From: Podarcis pityusensis
Lineage: Eukaryota
Reading direction: 5' to 3' (one strand)
Length of the DNA: 64,000 nucleotides
Assembly: GCA_964106645.2 (NCBI GenBank)
Contig: OZ067043.1
This document shows, piece by piece, positions 13,690-26,700 of this stretch; within the stretch, counting starts at the first letter, position 1, and every line of letters starts with the position of its first letter. The notes below the pieces were generated by a model that was not told where the DNA came from, did no database searches, and saw nothing but the letters and a program-made list of their open reading frames with translations. The position numbers were made by a program, and so were the translations under genes.

Positions 13690-13959
13690 TCTAGCGTGTA
13701 GGCTAGGGAAACTCTAGGCGGGGTTAAAGTTCAGCTCATGGAGCTGATCAGCGCTGCTGGCTGCAGTTGAGCAGAGTTGGAAATGTGAAAGCAAGAAGCA
13801 GGNNNNNNNNNNNNNNNNNNNNNNNNNNNNNNNNNNNNNNNNNNNNNNNNNNNNNNNNNNNNNNNNNNNNNNNNNNNNNNNNNNNNNNNNNNNNNNNNNN
13901 NNNNNNNNNNNNNNNNNNNNNNNNNNNNNNNNNNNNNNNCAAACCCCCCCGCAGCAACC
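13690..13959 (+). promoter_or_regulatory. NFIA: NFIA exon 1 5'UTR / main TSS region (start approximate)
   Basis: It lies directly upstream of the ATG at 13960. TAGGGAAACTCTAGGCGGGGTTAAAGTTCAGCTCATGGAG and TTGGAAATGTGAA-GCAAGAAGCAGG resemble the mammalian NFIA leader as I recall it. It contains a GC box (GGCGGG). Confidence 0.7.
13803..13939. other. Assembly gap (137 N) in NFIA 5'UTR
   Basis: A run of N characters. Confidence 1.
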
Positions 13960-13986
13960 ATGTATTCTCCTCTCTGTCTTACCCAG
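13960..13986 (+). CDS. NFIA: NFIA coding exon 1 (MYSPLCLTQ)
   Basis: The sequence accATGTATTCTCCTCTCTGTCTTACCCAG|GTAAGA has a purine at -3, gives 9 codons matching the known NFIA N-terminus, and ends in a canonical phase-0 donor at 13987. It joins in frame to the GAT that starts exon 2. Confidence 0.96.
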
Positions 13987-16900
13987 GTAAGAAGCTTCTT
14001 CGGATTCATTGGGGGGGGCGAGGAGGAGGGCAAGGGGCTTCTCTGTCTGTCTGCTCGTCTGTCTGTCTTGGCCGGGGGTTCGGGGGAGCCTGGCGGCGGG
14101 AAGGGGGCGCAGAGGGCGGGAGGGCGAAATCCCGCGGGCGGAAAGTAACTTTTCTTTCCCACTCACTTGCATTCCTGCTCTTGCACGGCCATTTGTAGCG
14201 ACACATGGCTAATGGCGCCTCGTTATTAAGGGTTTAATTAATATTGGGGTGCGCAGACGTCCCTGCCGGAGGGAAGGGGGATCTGGCGGAGGCGGCCGGA
14301 GGGGGTCGCGCCGAAATCCCGTGTGTGCGTGTTCGTGTGCGCGCGTTCGAGGACGATCTGCACGTGTTTCGCAGTCGTGCAACCCCATTACATGCTTGGT
14401 CATCTGAAATCAATACTCACTGTTTGTGCTTCCGAGGCGACGAATGCATGCAAATGGAGCAACACACGACACAGATACAGTTAGATGCTTTCTGTTTTGT
14501 TTTTAAAGTGTAGCATTGAGTAGCTGCGTGCTGCATGCATCTCTCTCCCCCCTCCCCATTGCTCGAGCTGCATTGCTATACCTCCCCAAACTCCTCGCAC
14601 ACTTTTTGTTCAGCAGCCTCGAATTTGTGTGGCTGGTGCTTTTGCAGCGGCTCCCTCGGTTTGAGTCTCAGGCGGAGACGTAGTGCCAGAGAGAGATGCA
14701 TTGCACCTATGCCCAGGGCTCTGGCCCTTCCAGACATTGCACGGGGTTTTTGCACGGCTAGCTGGATGTTTCAGGAACCCCCGGGCGTTTCTTAGCCGGA
14801 GCCCCTCGTTGCTGCTGCTGCTTCGGTTCCTGCTGCAGCGCCTCCTGCAGCGCCTGCCCTCCCGCTCCTCTCGTGCACCAAACCCAGCTCGGGATCCTCG
14901 GCGGGCACTGCAGCCCTTGCATGTCCCTGCCCAGCGATCCCAGCCCAGAGCTGCCTCCCCGGCTGCCTCCAGTGCGCCTTGTCACTTGCTCGGGTGTCAC
15001 GTTCGCCTGGGGTTGTTTCCTTTGGGAAGTTGGGCTTGCAACGTCCTGCTTGCAGAAAGGGGAGGCGGGGAAGGCAGTTTCTTCTCGCATAAAGTTGCTC
15101 GACCCCTTTTGTTTGCAACGCAGCAGCTCTTAAGTTCTTCGTGGGCTGGCAATAATTTCGGACCTGATTCCCACCCTACCACCCCCACCTCGCACCCACC
15201 TCTCCAGATCCCGTTCCGATTACACTTCTCTGAATCGGAAGGGTTCTGTTCCTGACGCCTATGCAACACATGGGAAACTGCTCCCTAAGACTTCGGACAA
15301 CTTTCCTTTCTAACCTCAAACACGATCCTACCCACCCCCGCGTGGTGCCCCCCCCCCGCCCAAAGAAAACTTTAGGGTAGCGCCAAATCTTCAGATAACA
15401 GTCACACACCCTATCTTCTTTCTCGGATTTATTTCCACAATTTAGAAACATAGCCCCAATATGTATTCATTTATATATATACGTGTGTGTGCCTTCCCTT
15501 TCCCTTCTCTTTCTGCAACTCAGTAATCTTGGTTGGAAGTTTGTTGCCTCCCAGTCTTACACGGTGAAAGTTTCTAGAGGATTTAGATAAAGTTCTTTCA
15601 TTACCATTTCAAGACGTCTTTCTGGCACAGAGTGCTGCTACCCACCTTCAGTTAGCAGGATGTGATGATGATTTTGGGGTGAAACACTTGGGGACCCAAG
15701 CGTCCAATATTATTTCCTGCCTTTGTATGGGTTTTGAAGTGCATGTGTGGGTTCCTTTTAAAAGAGGGCTTCACAGTGGATTTTGCAAGATGACCAAGTA
15801 AATGCTTAGGTGTGGATAACACTCAGTCACTGACAGAGCCTCGCTGCCTAACCTGTAATCCATGAACTTGCAACCAGAATTGGTACACAATGCAGCTTAA
15901 CTATGTTAACAACCTCAAAGTCGATTATAGGCAGATGCCACAAACATACACTGGAATGTGTTTGGAGCTTCTGTACATCGTCCGAAGACTAGATCTAGTG
16001 AAAAGTTTTGTCTTACTTCATGGAGAACTCAACCCAGTTATCCCCCCCCCCCTTTTGATTTATTTACACAGGGTAGTACAGATCTCCCACTCTTTAAAAC
16101 ACATGCATACACCTGCCTCAAGCTGCCCACTCTCCCCCTCACCACACACACACACACACACTCGTATGCATACTGTATCTGGGTATTCTGGTTTTTAGTA
16201 GGCCCAACCATACAGCATGCAGATTTCAGATAGTTATAGCACATATAAAAGGAAATCTTAACGTAAGAGACATTCTGCTGCAAAGCGCTCTGCATTCTCA
16301 TTGCACATTTGGAAATAGCGTCTAGGTATTCAAAGGCGTCTTTATACAACCCACCAAGAGTGTTTCGAATATAGAACTAGATACATATAAACCATAAGTT
16401 ATACTATTAGGAAAGGCTTAAGTAGTTGTATTAGCGTTTCAAAACCCTTGTCTCCTTTAAATTTGTCTAGTATGATTTAAAACATACTCATAAAGCACAT
16501 ATACCCGGCTAATGGAGCTGGAAGACTAGGACAAAGTACCTGTTAAAGGGTTATCTACTCCGTGGCCCCCTCCACACCACTATAGGTGATTTACCTACTT
16601 GCTGTTTATCTGACATTGTCCTGGCTTTACATTAACAGCTCATCATAGATGTGCAGGCAAATATACGTTGGCCTATGGTTTATAGAAGTATTGATGCTTT
16701 GAGAGTTTATAGAGCTGACTAACTTTCAAACGGAGCAGCGCAAATGTGTTTCCAAAGATTGCTATAATGTTGCATGCTTTTATTTGTAGAGGGGCTCAGA
16801 TTATTTTTCCGGTCGCCTTTTCTCATTTACAAATATACACCAATTTTTTTGTTTTGTTCTGGGAGCCAAACTTTAGCTGTGCTTGTTGAAGCGCAATACT

Positions 16901-19423
16901 TACGAGCCGCAGAAAGGATTTATAAACTCACTTTTGTTATCTCCCCTTACCCAGCCCCGGCAAATAATAATGGAAGATGCATATGCTCTTTTTAAAGCAA
17001 TCTTCCTTGTTCAAAATGCAACTTACTAAACTTTATGAGAAGTTTTGGTTCTAATCCTAACTTAGGACAAAGACCCCATTACCACTTTTTGAATTGGCTA
17101 CTTTTAATCTTTTAAAGTGATTATGCACACATACCTGGACATTTCTTAAATTCACCAGGAAAACCTTGGTAATTGAAGAAACCGTAATGTAACATAAAAT
17201 ATAAAGCTGTAATTCATCTCAGTTGTTGGATATATATTATTGCTCCTTTTCTAATACCTTCACAGTGAGATTTTGGAGGCTTTCTTTTTAAAAAGGGTAT
17301 ATTTGTACATGAGGTAGAATTATTTTGAAAAAGCAGTAAACCTCCCATCTACAATCTTGACAAATCCTATTTGCTTAACAGTCCTTATATCAGCAATGAT
17401 GGACCTCTTCACTGTATCATTATTTCAAGGCCATTTGGTGGTTTTTGAAGCTTTTACATAAATCTTTTAGCTATTTTTTACCTTTTTTAACCATGTGCTA
17501 TTGACTCGGCTTTACAATAGAATAAAAGAAGTATAGTTGGGAAGGAGTTCAAGTTAGAGCCAGGAAGGACTGCGAGCATACAAGGTTAGTTAATGAAGTG
17601 TAGAAAACAGTTTTTAGGATAAAGCCAATATCTGAAGTGATCATTTATTTTGCAGTAAATTACTTTAGCAAATGTTTTATACAGCATAGAAGATAAAACA
17701 TTATAAAAGGCCCCATTTGTGATGCTGTTGACTATTCTGAACTGTGTCTCTGTGTGCGTGTGAAAAAGGCCTCGGTGTGTTGTATCCTGCGTAATAGTTT
17801 ACTTTGCTCTTAGTGGCAGCCTCTATTAGTGATACATTTGGTATGTGTGTGTGTTTTTTTAAAAGTTCATTTTTGAAAATGCAAATAAGCATTCTGCCTT
17901 TGATCTACTGCTGTTGAAACTGCTATTCTCCCAATATGTCTTTTATACTTCTTTGACATATAAAGCTGGGTTGTTTCAAAGGAGTGTCAGAAATCATCAT
18001 TTTGTGAAATGTCTATTTTATATATTAGACCCAGCTAAACATTCATGCAAATGCCTATCCCTTCCATTCCCAGCAATATGTTTTGGCCCCTTTATGTACT
18101 TTCTAAGAATCTTTTCTACTGAAATATGTAACAAATTGTCATTTGTCTGTTATATTTTAGATACAGTATACAGCAATTAACCATTTGCGGTCCAGAGAGG
18201 CCCACAATTTTTAGAATCATTTGGGCGCTTTTTCTTTCTTTCACACCTGTATTTAATTGAGTAGAAAAGAGACCTTGCAAAGCGTTAAATAGAGATGCTT
18301 CTTTTTTTTAAAAAAAATATGAAATTATTTTAGTAACGTTTATAGTAACACATTTCATAAATTAAGGAATTGCACGAAGAAATAAGTTGCCAACTTCTTT
18401 GCTACATAAGTATGTGTACTTTTATGCATAGGAGAAAGTCCATGTTTATAAAAACATATGTTGACAGTGATAGCACCTCTTCCAAATGCATGCCAGTTTC
18501 AGTAGGAGAAATAATCACATTTCACAGCTGTGTGTTTACAGGATCAGATATTTTAATAGCATATGTTTTTCTATAGGTACTTCCATAACTAATTGCATGC
18601 ATATAAATAATATACATAATGATTATAATACATTTCCAATGACCTGTATGGCCTTTGCGGCATTTGCAGTGTGCACACCTTTATTTAAAAGTTTGATCCA
18701 TGACCTCTATTTCAATATGTTCATTGATGTGGGATAAACGTTTAAATGTCTTTTTCTATTTTTATAAAAGGGCAAATTAAAGTAATACGTATAATGTCAA
18801 TGATTTATTATCCACATTTTATTACACTGTACAAATCTAGGTGTTTTATTTAATAGCTTTTTGGATCTGTATACAAACTTTCTAGCTTCCAGGGTTCTTT
18901 TTATCATTTAAACAAACTTAAGTAAAAGAAAATTGTACTCGTGATGTGTTATATACAGTTTTCGTTTTATATATAAAGATCGGAGAAACCTTTCAGAATT
19001 CCACATTTTGAGGATTTTATTGCATAGGTTTAGAAAATGTGATAGCATTTTATGTTTCCTTACTATTAAAATAATCATATATTCGATTCTATTTACATAA
19101 TCCTAATTTGAAATTCTGTTACATTACAGGTCGATACTTTAAAATACATTTTAGGAAAAGTTTGTACTGTACATCAGGTTTGACATACCAGTGCTAATTG
19201 GCATCCAGATGTTTAGGTTTTGCCAAATCGGTGGGCATATGCTACAGTGGCCGCACCATTCACAGAAGGGTCACGGAAAGAGCAAAGAAATATATCCCTG
19301 CTTTCAGTTGGGATTAAGATCACAAAAAAACTTATTGCCAACCTCAGGTTACTGATTCTGGACTTGTCTATTGACTTAAAGGGAACTATTGTAAAGTCAG
19401 TGGTTTCAGGCTTATACCCTTAC

Positions 19424-19512
19424 ATCCTGATCCGAAGTACATTTGCTTAGAAGTCCATCCCATGGATTTTAGGAGGACTTATTTCTGAGCGAATGTGATT
19501 AGGATTGGCATG
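19424..19512. mobile_element. Short old palindromic repeat (abundant lizard family)
   Basis: The pattern is ATCC-AAGTACATTTGCTTAGAAGT..CCCATGGATTT...GGACTTATTTCTGAGCGAATGTG..TAGGATTG. Related copies lie near 7335-7405, 9175-9240, 23600-23682, 24660-24740 and 53026-53098. Confidence 0.5.
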
Positions 19513-19735
19513 CCAGGATGTTTTCAACACTTGTGTTTAAGCGGTTTTGCCTTATTATTTTTTTCTGAATGAGGCCTAGTGACTACAGAAAATTGGGTTA
19601 TTGGATATGTTTATGATTTTACCTGGTGTATCCACTACAATGATTTGGTCCTCCCTGTGTTCTGATGACTTAAAATTGCCTGCTTGTAAGTTATGACGAC
19701 TATTAGTGAAACAAACAAAGCTTTTGCGATGCTAA

Positions 19736-20338
<603 letters not shown>

Positions 20339-23300
20339 TAATGACTTTTTCAACCAAACGATTAGGCTAATCTGTGCTTGCATCCACCATGCTGGTTGGC
20401 AGCGTGGCTGTGATAGTGGTTGAAGTTTAACCAGTAGTGGAGAGGATATAGACATCCTGTGTTGTATTGCAAAGCTGTTAATAAAAGGTGATTGCAAAAA
20501 CATGAGGGTTTTTTTACATTGTAACCTAACATTCTGCCTTTTTGAAGCTTTTTCATAAGGACGGAACTGTAGTATGAAGATGGAGACTGTATGTACAAAA
20601 TATTTCTAGGCCTGGTTAAAGATTGGAAATGAGGGTACTGTGTATATCTGAGTGATTATTTTGCTCAACATGTTCAAAGTTCACTATTTTGTGAGGAAAT
20701 CAGTAATAACTATAAAAAAACTTACAAGCCCAATCTGTAATACAGTATGGTTAAATATCCAAAATTTGGCCGCCTTAAGAAAAAACACTGAGCATGCAGT
20801 GATGACTCCTCACAGATACACAAACTGTTGATTTTAATTGCCATTGGTAAGAAAACACCTGCCTAATGAAAGAGGGGGAAACAAAAAGTTCCTGGTAACC
20901 TCCGCCTGTGGGTAGGATATTACTGCTTTTAAAGGATGGGTTGCTAGTTTAACACGTGAGATTCAGGAAAATGGATCATGCATTGTTTGCAACTGTACTT
21001 CTGGCTGTGACTATCATATACCTGCCACTAGTAACAGATAAGTGCTGTTACTGATCAAGACAGTGTGCATTTTCCCGTAACCTTGTTTTAGTCAAATTCA
21101 TAGTTTCTCAGTAATTAGGCCTAGCAGTTTCAAAGCAAGCCACTTGTCTCTCTGTGACTCAGACATTTCAATATTTCAGTTTGGATCAGATTGGAGAGGA
21201 AATTTAATAAGCTTAACAGTTTTAATCTGATCTAGCATTTTTAGGTGCTAGGTACATTGGTGGCTGTTGGATGGTCTTATGGAAAATGGTAATTGGACTT
21301 TGTTGTGTGACATCTTGTCATTTAGTAATGTTGTTGAAATCATTGGCATGTATGATTATGAAGAGGTTTTGTGCTTTTCTCCTAGAAAGGGTGGCTTGCT
21401 TTAAGTTTGCAGATATACGTGATTCTGTTATTTGCATTGTGTACTTACGCTGAGTGACATGTCCAAAAAGATTGGTGAATATGCGATGTGTTTCTGAAGT
21501 ACTGTGGTGTGGATGCTTTTTCATTTATTTTTTAAAAGAATAAATACCAGTGTTCAATTTGTTAATTAAGAACTGCCTATGATAGACTGTAGACCCAACT
21601 TCATTGTAGGATTTTCTGCGAGACTTTATGGAAAGCTGATGAATCAGTTAAAGATTTAAAATATGGATGCTTTCATTAAAAATGTTTGGTGCTAACAGCA
21701 TGTTGCAAGCTATCTTCATACATCTGTTGACTCAGGACATGCATTGTAGATTGATTTTTAAAATAATCCATGGCAGTTAATTGAAAGTAGTTGTTATATT
21801 GATTACAAATACTCATAGTATCACCTTAACAAAGTTACTGTTATATATTAATGCAATCAGGCATAATATAATCAATTGCTTCCATTATGGAATATATATC
21901 TGGCAATATTCTGTGGTACGGTTGTGTTGCTATGCTAACAATAGAGCCTAGTAAATCTGGTAATGATCACCTTTGTGAGCTTTGACTCTCCCTCTTTTTA
22001 AGGATGCCAATGGTATTTTCATATATAGGTAAACTGCTTTTGGGGGAGTATTCGTGTTTGCAGATCCTTATAAAGTGTGTTTTTTTACATCTTAACTTAC
22101 TTTTTCCGCAGGTGTAATATATCACACTCTTTTTCAGTTCGTTTGTGTTGTAGAAAATATTTCAATGACGCTGTGTATTTGAGAACATAGTAACAATTTG
22201 CATTACGATCGGACAACCTTCATTGGGGGTAATGGTTGTAGTTTCTTTCTTTCTTGCGCTGATGTATCCCAGACTCCTTTGTTAAACCTGAACGTTGGCC
22301 AAGTTAATAGTGATTGGCTCTTGCAGAGCTGCAGTAATGGCAACTTGTACTGTATGCGCAACAAGAGCATTTCAGAAGAAAATCTTAAAGGCCCTTTGTC
22401 TTCAGATCAACCTGATTTGCTTTAAAAGATTTACTGACCTTATAGTTATGCTGCGATAGTTGCCAATAAAAATGTATAAAATAATAGGCAGGTTGATCAA
22501 CGTATATACAGCTGAGCTGAGGAGCGTCTTCTATATCCCCAAAGGTCTGCAAACAGAAAATGTTTCTTTCTACTTAAAAGTTTTGAGAAGTTGCCAGTGT
22601 TGGCAAGAGGTTCAGACTCCAAAACGTGCTTTCAGATATTTGCCAAAACCATTGTGGCCTTTTCACTCAGAGTGCTATTATTTCGTGTACTGTTCCAAGA
22701 TACTTTAATTCCTGATGATTTCTGCAGTATGATGTCCCTTTCCTTCTTAAATATGTATTTATAACAATTGTGTGGAGGACTCTTTCCCTCCTTCTTCTTT
22801 GCCCCCTCCTTGTGCCAGGACATAGTCATTTGCAAGAAAATCATGTGCTCAAATCTAAACAATGCTCCTGCTTGCGAAGTAAGTCTGAGCCACAAAAACA
22901 AATTATTCTCCTAAGGAAATCATGTAGAAACAGGGATGTAAAATTTGACAATGATGTGAACTAGCTTGCAAAGATTGAAAGAAAACTGTGAATAAAAGAA
23001 TTTATGAGCAAAGAGGTGGCTAAAGTACACTGAAATTAAAACATTGGTTTCAATTCGGAGTTTTAGCTTTCTTTTTTAAGACCATCAAAATACAGTAGTG
23101 CTACCTTTAACTTTGGATTGCTTTTCCCCTCTTAGTTCTCTAGCCCATGTATCAAATGACAACTTGGAAACTGTTGTGACAAACAGTATTCTTTGTGGGA
23201 GTATAATACCAAAGTAAATTTATGACCAGCCCTTTACCAGATGATCTGTATCAGAATCTGCAATATACTTGGCACGTGGCAGGGTCACCATTTAAGTTGT

Positions 23301-23703
23301 TAGGGTCATAACCTTCGCCACCAGGCATTTGACCTTTGAGATAAAGTTAACCTTTGTTCATTAGTAGGCACTCAAGCGAGAACTTCCTTGTTTTTTACTG
23401 CAGCAGAGCAACTTCAGCTAACATGATCACATTGTAAAAGGGGATTCTAAGCTCAAGCACTGGGTTCTGTGAGAGGTTAAAGATTTCTCTTTGTTTTTTG
23501 AGGATATTTTAAATGGACAAAGCTAGCTTGTGTTTTGTCTGCCACATACAATAGCTGATGTTTTTGACCATTATCTGTTTTAGGCATGGTTTTAACAGCA
23601 TGAGCCTATGCATGTTTACTCGGAACTAAGTCCCACAACCTTACTCTCTAGCAAGTACATGTATATTAAGGTTTGCAGCCTAAACATAGCAAATGCTTTG
23701 AAA

Positions 23704-23707
<4 letters not shown>

Positions 23708-23746
<39 letters not shown>
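23708..23746. repeat. (TG)n microsatellite
   Basis: Seen directly in the sequence. Confidence 0.97.
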
Positions 23747-23748
<2 letters not shown>

Positions 23749-26700
23749 AAAAATGCTGAATTAAAATCTAAAAATCTGACCAAGATATAGTAATTGAATT
23801 AGACCTTTTCCTATAGATTGTAATGCTATTAAGAACTGAAGCCAAAGTCATGACAAGGCTGATTTTGTTTTGGTAGCTGTGAAAATGTGTTTAGTTCTGG
23901 AGATAAGTGACAGTGTAATATAAAGAGCACCTTTTTTCATCTATAATAAACCAATATTGTATATTATTTTGGAGGGTGGTGATATTTACCCCATAGCTGG
24001 TAAAGAAGCACCATGTGAGTTAGTCGGTCATGAAGCATAGTGAGATACCTTTGCAAAATTTTGGGCACCTTTGTTCTAAATCTGAAAGGTACATTGTATA
24101 CTTCTAGTACAATTGATCATTATTGCAATCATCCTGCAATACAGAACATTTGGTATTTATCAATAATGTAAAAGCTGTTGTAATAATTCTGAACACTTCA
24201 AACAGAGCTGGCACAAGATTTTGTAACCCTTGATATCTTCCTGCAAAAAGTATATATATTCCATATAAAGTATTTCTGATCACACCACATTATTCCATAT
24301 GACTGTGACAGTGCATACTTTATTCTAATTACGGTATGTAGCCTTTTAAAAAATGTTCTTTTTAAAAATTCAGTGTTTATTTCATTTAAATCAAAGGAAA
24401 ATAATGTCGTTTAGGTATGATGTGCTTTCATTGGTTTGTGACTGCTGTTGTCATTCTTTCATATGACTGTACAGTTATGCATGATTTGCTGATTAACCAG
24501 ATGGCCATAGTAACAGATTGAGAACCTGCTCCCTATTACTAAAAAGCATGTGTAAGATCACAAAGGTTTTGAATTAGAACGGTATGTGTAGGGTAAAACA
24601 AGACTCACTAAAAAGAATTTCATATTCTATTATAAACCTAATCTATAGTTTTAGTGTAATACTGCACATGTCTACTCAGAAAAAGTGGGTTTAAGTTCAA
24701 CAAGATTTACACCCAGATCAACGTGTGAAGTTGCAGCCTAGGTGTGCCGACTTCTCAGTATGTAACCCTGTTTCATAGAGAACTTAACTTACACTTCAGC
24801 ATCAAGTGCACTGGATCCTCAGTAATGGAACCTTGAATACGTAGCTCTCTTTACCAAGATTCACTGTGTCCCCAGTGGAACTCCTATCTAGCATTCCCTT
24901 CATAAACAGCACTTGCTTTGATGCAATATCTTAATTTAGATGCCTTCTGGGCGGTCAAAACTTCATGAAGCACTGTTGAGCATGTGTAGCTCTGTTCTCT
25001 GCATAGCTGGAGAGAGTTCCATTTGTGAAATAAGGTTGTGTACCTGGAGCAGGTGGGGGAAACCTCCAGCCCTTCAGAGGTCATTGAACCATGTGCCACT
25101 GGCCAAGCTTGCTGGGGCTGATGAGAACTGTGGTTCAGCAGCCTCTGTAATGCCAAAGGTTTCCCACATCTGACCTTGAGCACTCTTCATTATTGCAGAA
25201 AGTGCAGCAGCCCTTGGGTGGTATCTGTGTGACACTACACAGCAGCATCAGATCAGGGAGTATAGCAATGTATATCAGTGCATCAGAATAGGGTGATCAA
25301 GTACTCGTTGTGCTTGAGTGTGTGCTTAAGCCTCATTGATTTAATCAGGACTGCAGTACGCAATTTTTTTCTGAGTTATTCTGGACTTGTATGCATGTTC
25401 CACAGCATAGGAATATATTGTCCTCAGTACTTAAATGTATTTATTCCTTATATAAAGCTAGCTCCTGTCTGCCTTAGTTAAACTTACACAAAACCAAGAT
25501 GCTGAGTCCATGTAGTGTGTTGCTATTGTTGCAAGATGCTCTTTTGCTGTCCCTTGTTCCCTTATTTGTGAGAAGTTCCAGCTTCTTATTTCTTCGGGGG
25601 AAAGAACGTGCAGACCCCAGCCAGCATAGCAGTTCATGAGAGAAGAGAGTTGCATTGGTGGTTTGATATGGGAGAATCTTCCCTCAAAAGAAATTTTAAG
25701 GGTATCTTGTCCCTTCAGAGATTGTTATCTGGCATCTTGAGAACTGGAAACAGCTGTAGGGACAAAACAATAGCAGAGTTGTCCAGTGTCTTAACACTTC
25801 AATCTCTCTTGATTATCATCCTCCCGCCTTTTAAGATCTTTGTGCTGCACTATGCAACTGAGGCTCTTGCATCTAACTCTTCTCCAGTCATACTGCTGAA
25901 GCTCTTTCTGCTGGTGCAAATGATCTTTGGGAGTTACTGTTTTATGATTCACTGAAGCAAGGGATCCCTGTTTTTATAACCCCGCCATGGACTCCAGTGT
26001 TCCCTGTGTCCAGTTGCCAGATCCAGCCCTCGACTTTGATGTGACAGCCAACTATGTCTCCAACCATAACTGGTGAAGAACTTACCTTGCACTCTCAGAC
26101 CCATCTGAGAATAACTGCTTTGCAGTACAGTGTAGAAAGGGATCTGTATTCATTGGGACTTTCTGTCTCGGTCAGTGGAGGAGTAGTTTGTATTGCTGGC
26201 TTTAACAGACTGTGGTTGACAGAAGCAGGATTTAGATGGGGACAACTGCATTCCCCTGCTGCTGTAATTGAGATGGTAAGCATCCATGCTAATTTCAACC
26301 CTAACGGTAGTGGAACTTATGAGTGTTTGCTATATCATGAACTGCTGGCACGAGTTCAGTCATGTGGCTAAGCTTTCTCCAAAACAGAAACAAATAAAGC
26401 AGAGCAGCATATAGCCTTTTAATGTTTCTTAGAATACTTCCAGGTGTTTTCAGGAAAGAAGTATCGCATGATTTAAATGCTGTTTCCTGTACCCTGAAAT
26501 AGCAGATGTACCCAATCAGTAAGAAAAAAAGCTCCTAGTATAAATGTAAAGAGAAGTATTTGAATGGAGCCCATGGCATTTATAGCCATGAGGCTAGCTC
26601 AATAGTATGAAAACTGCCCAATATTGCTGGCCAGGCCTAACTTGTCTTAAGTTACTGTACTTTTTATATTTCCTTTCTTTTCCACCCAGTGATGAATAGC

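Larger units (their letters stand above)
13240..15360. promoter_or_regulatory. CpG island over main NFIA promoter, exon 1 and start of intron 1
   Basis: High GC and dense CpG by eye, against AT-rich, CpG-poor flanks. Boundaries are approximate. Confidence 0.8.

Noticed and set aside
13194-15451. Many overlapping 60-190 aa ORFs
   Set aside because: These are expected from stop-codon scarcity in a CpG island and from the N gap. They are low-complexity with no recognisable domains.
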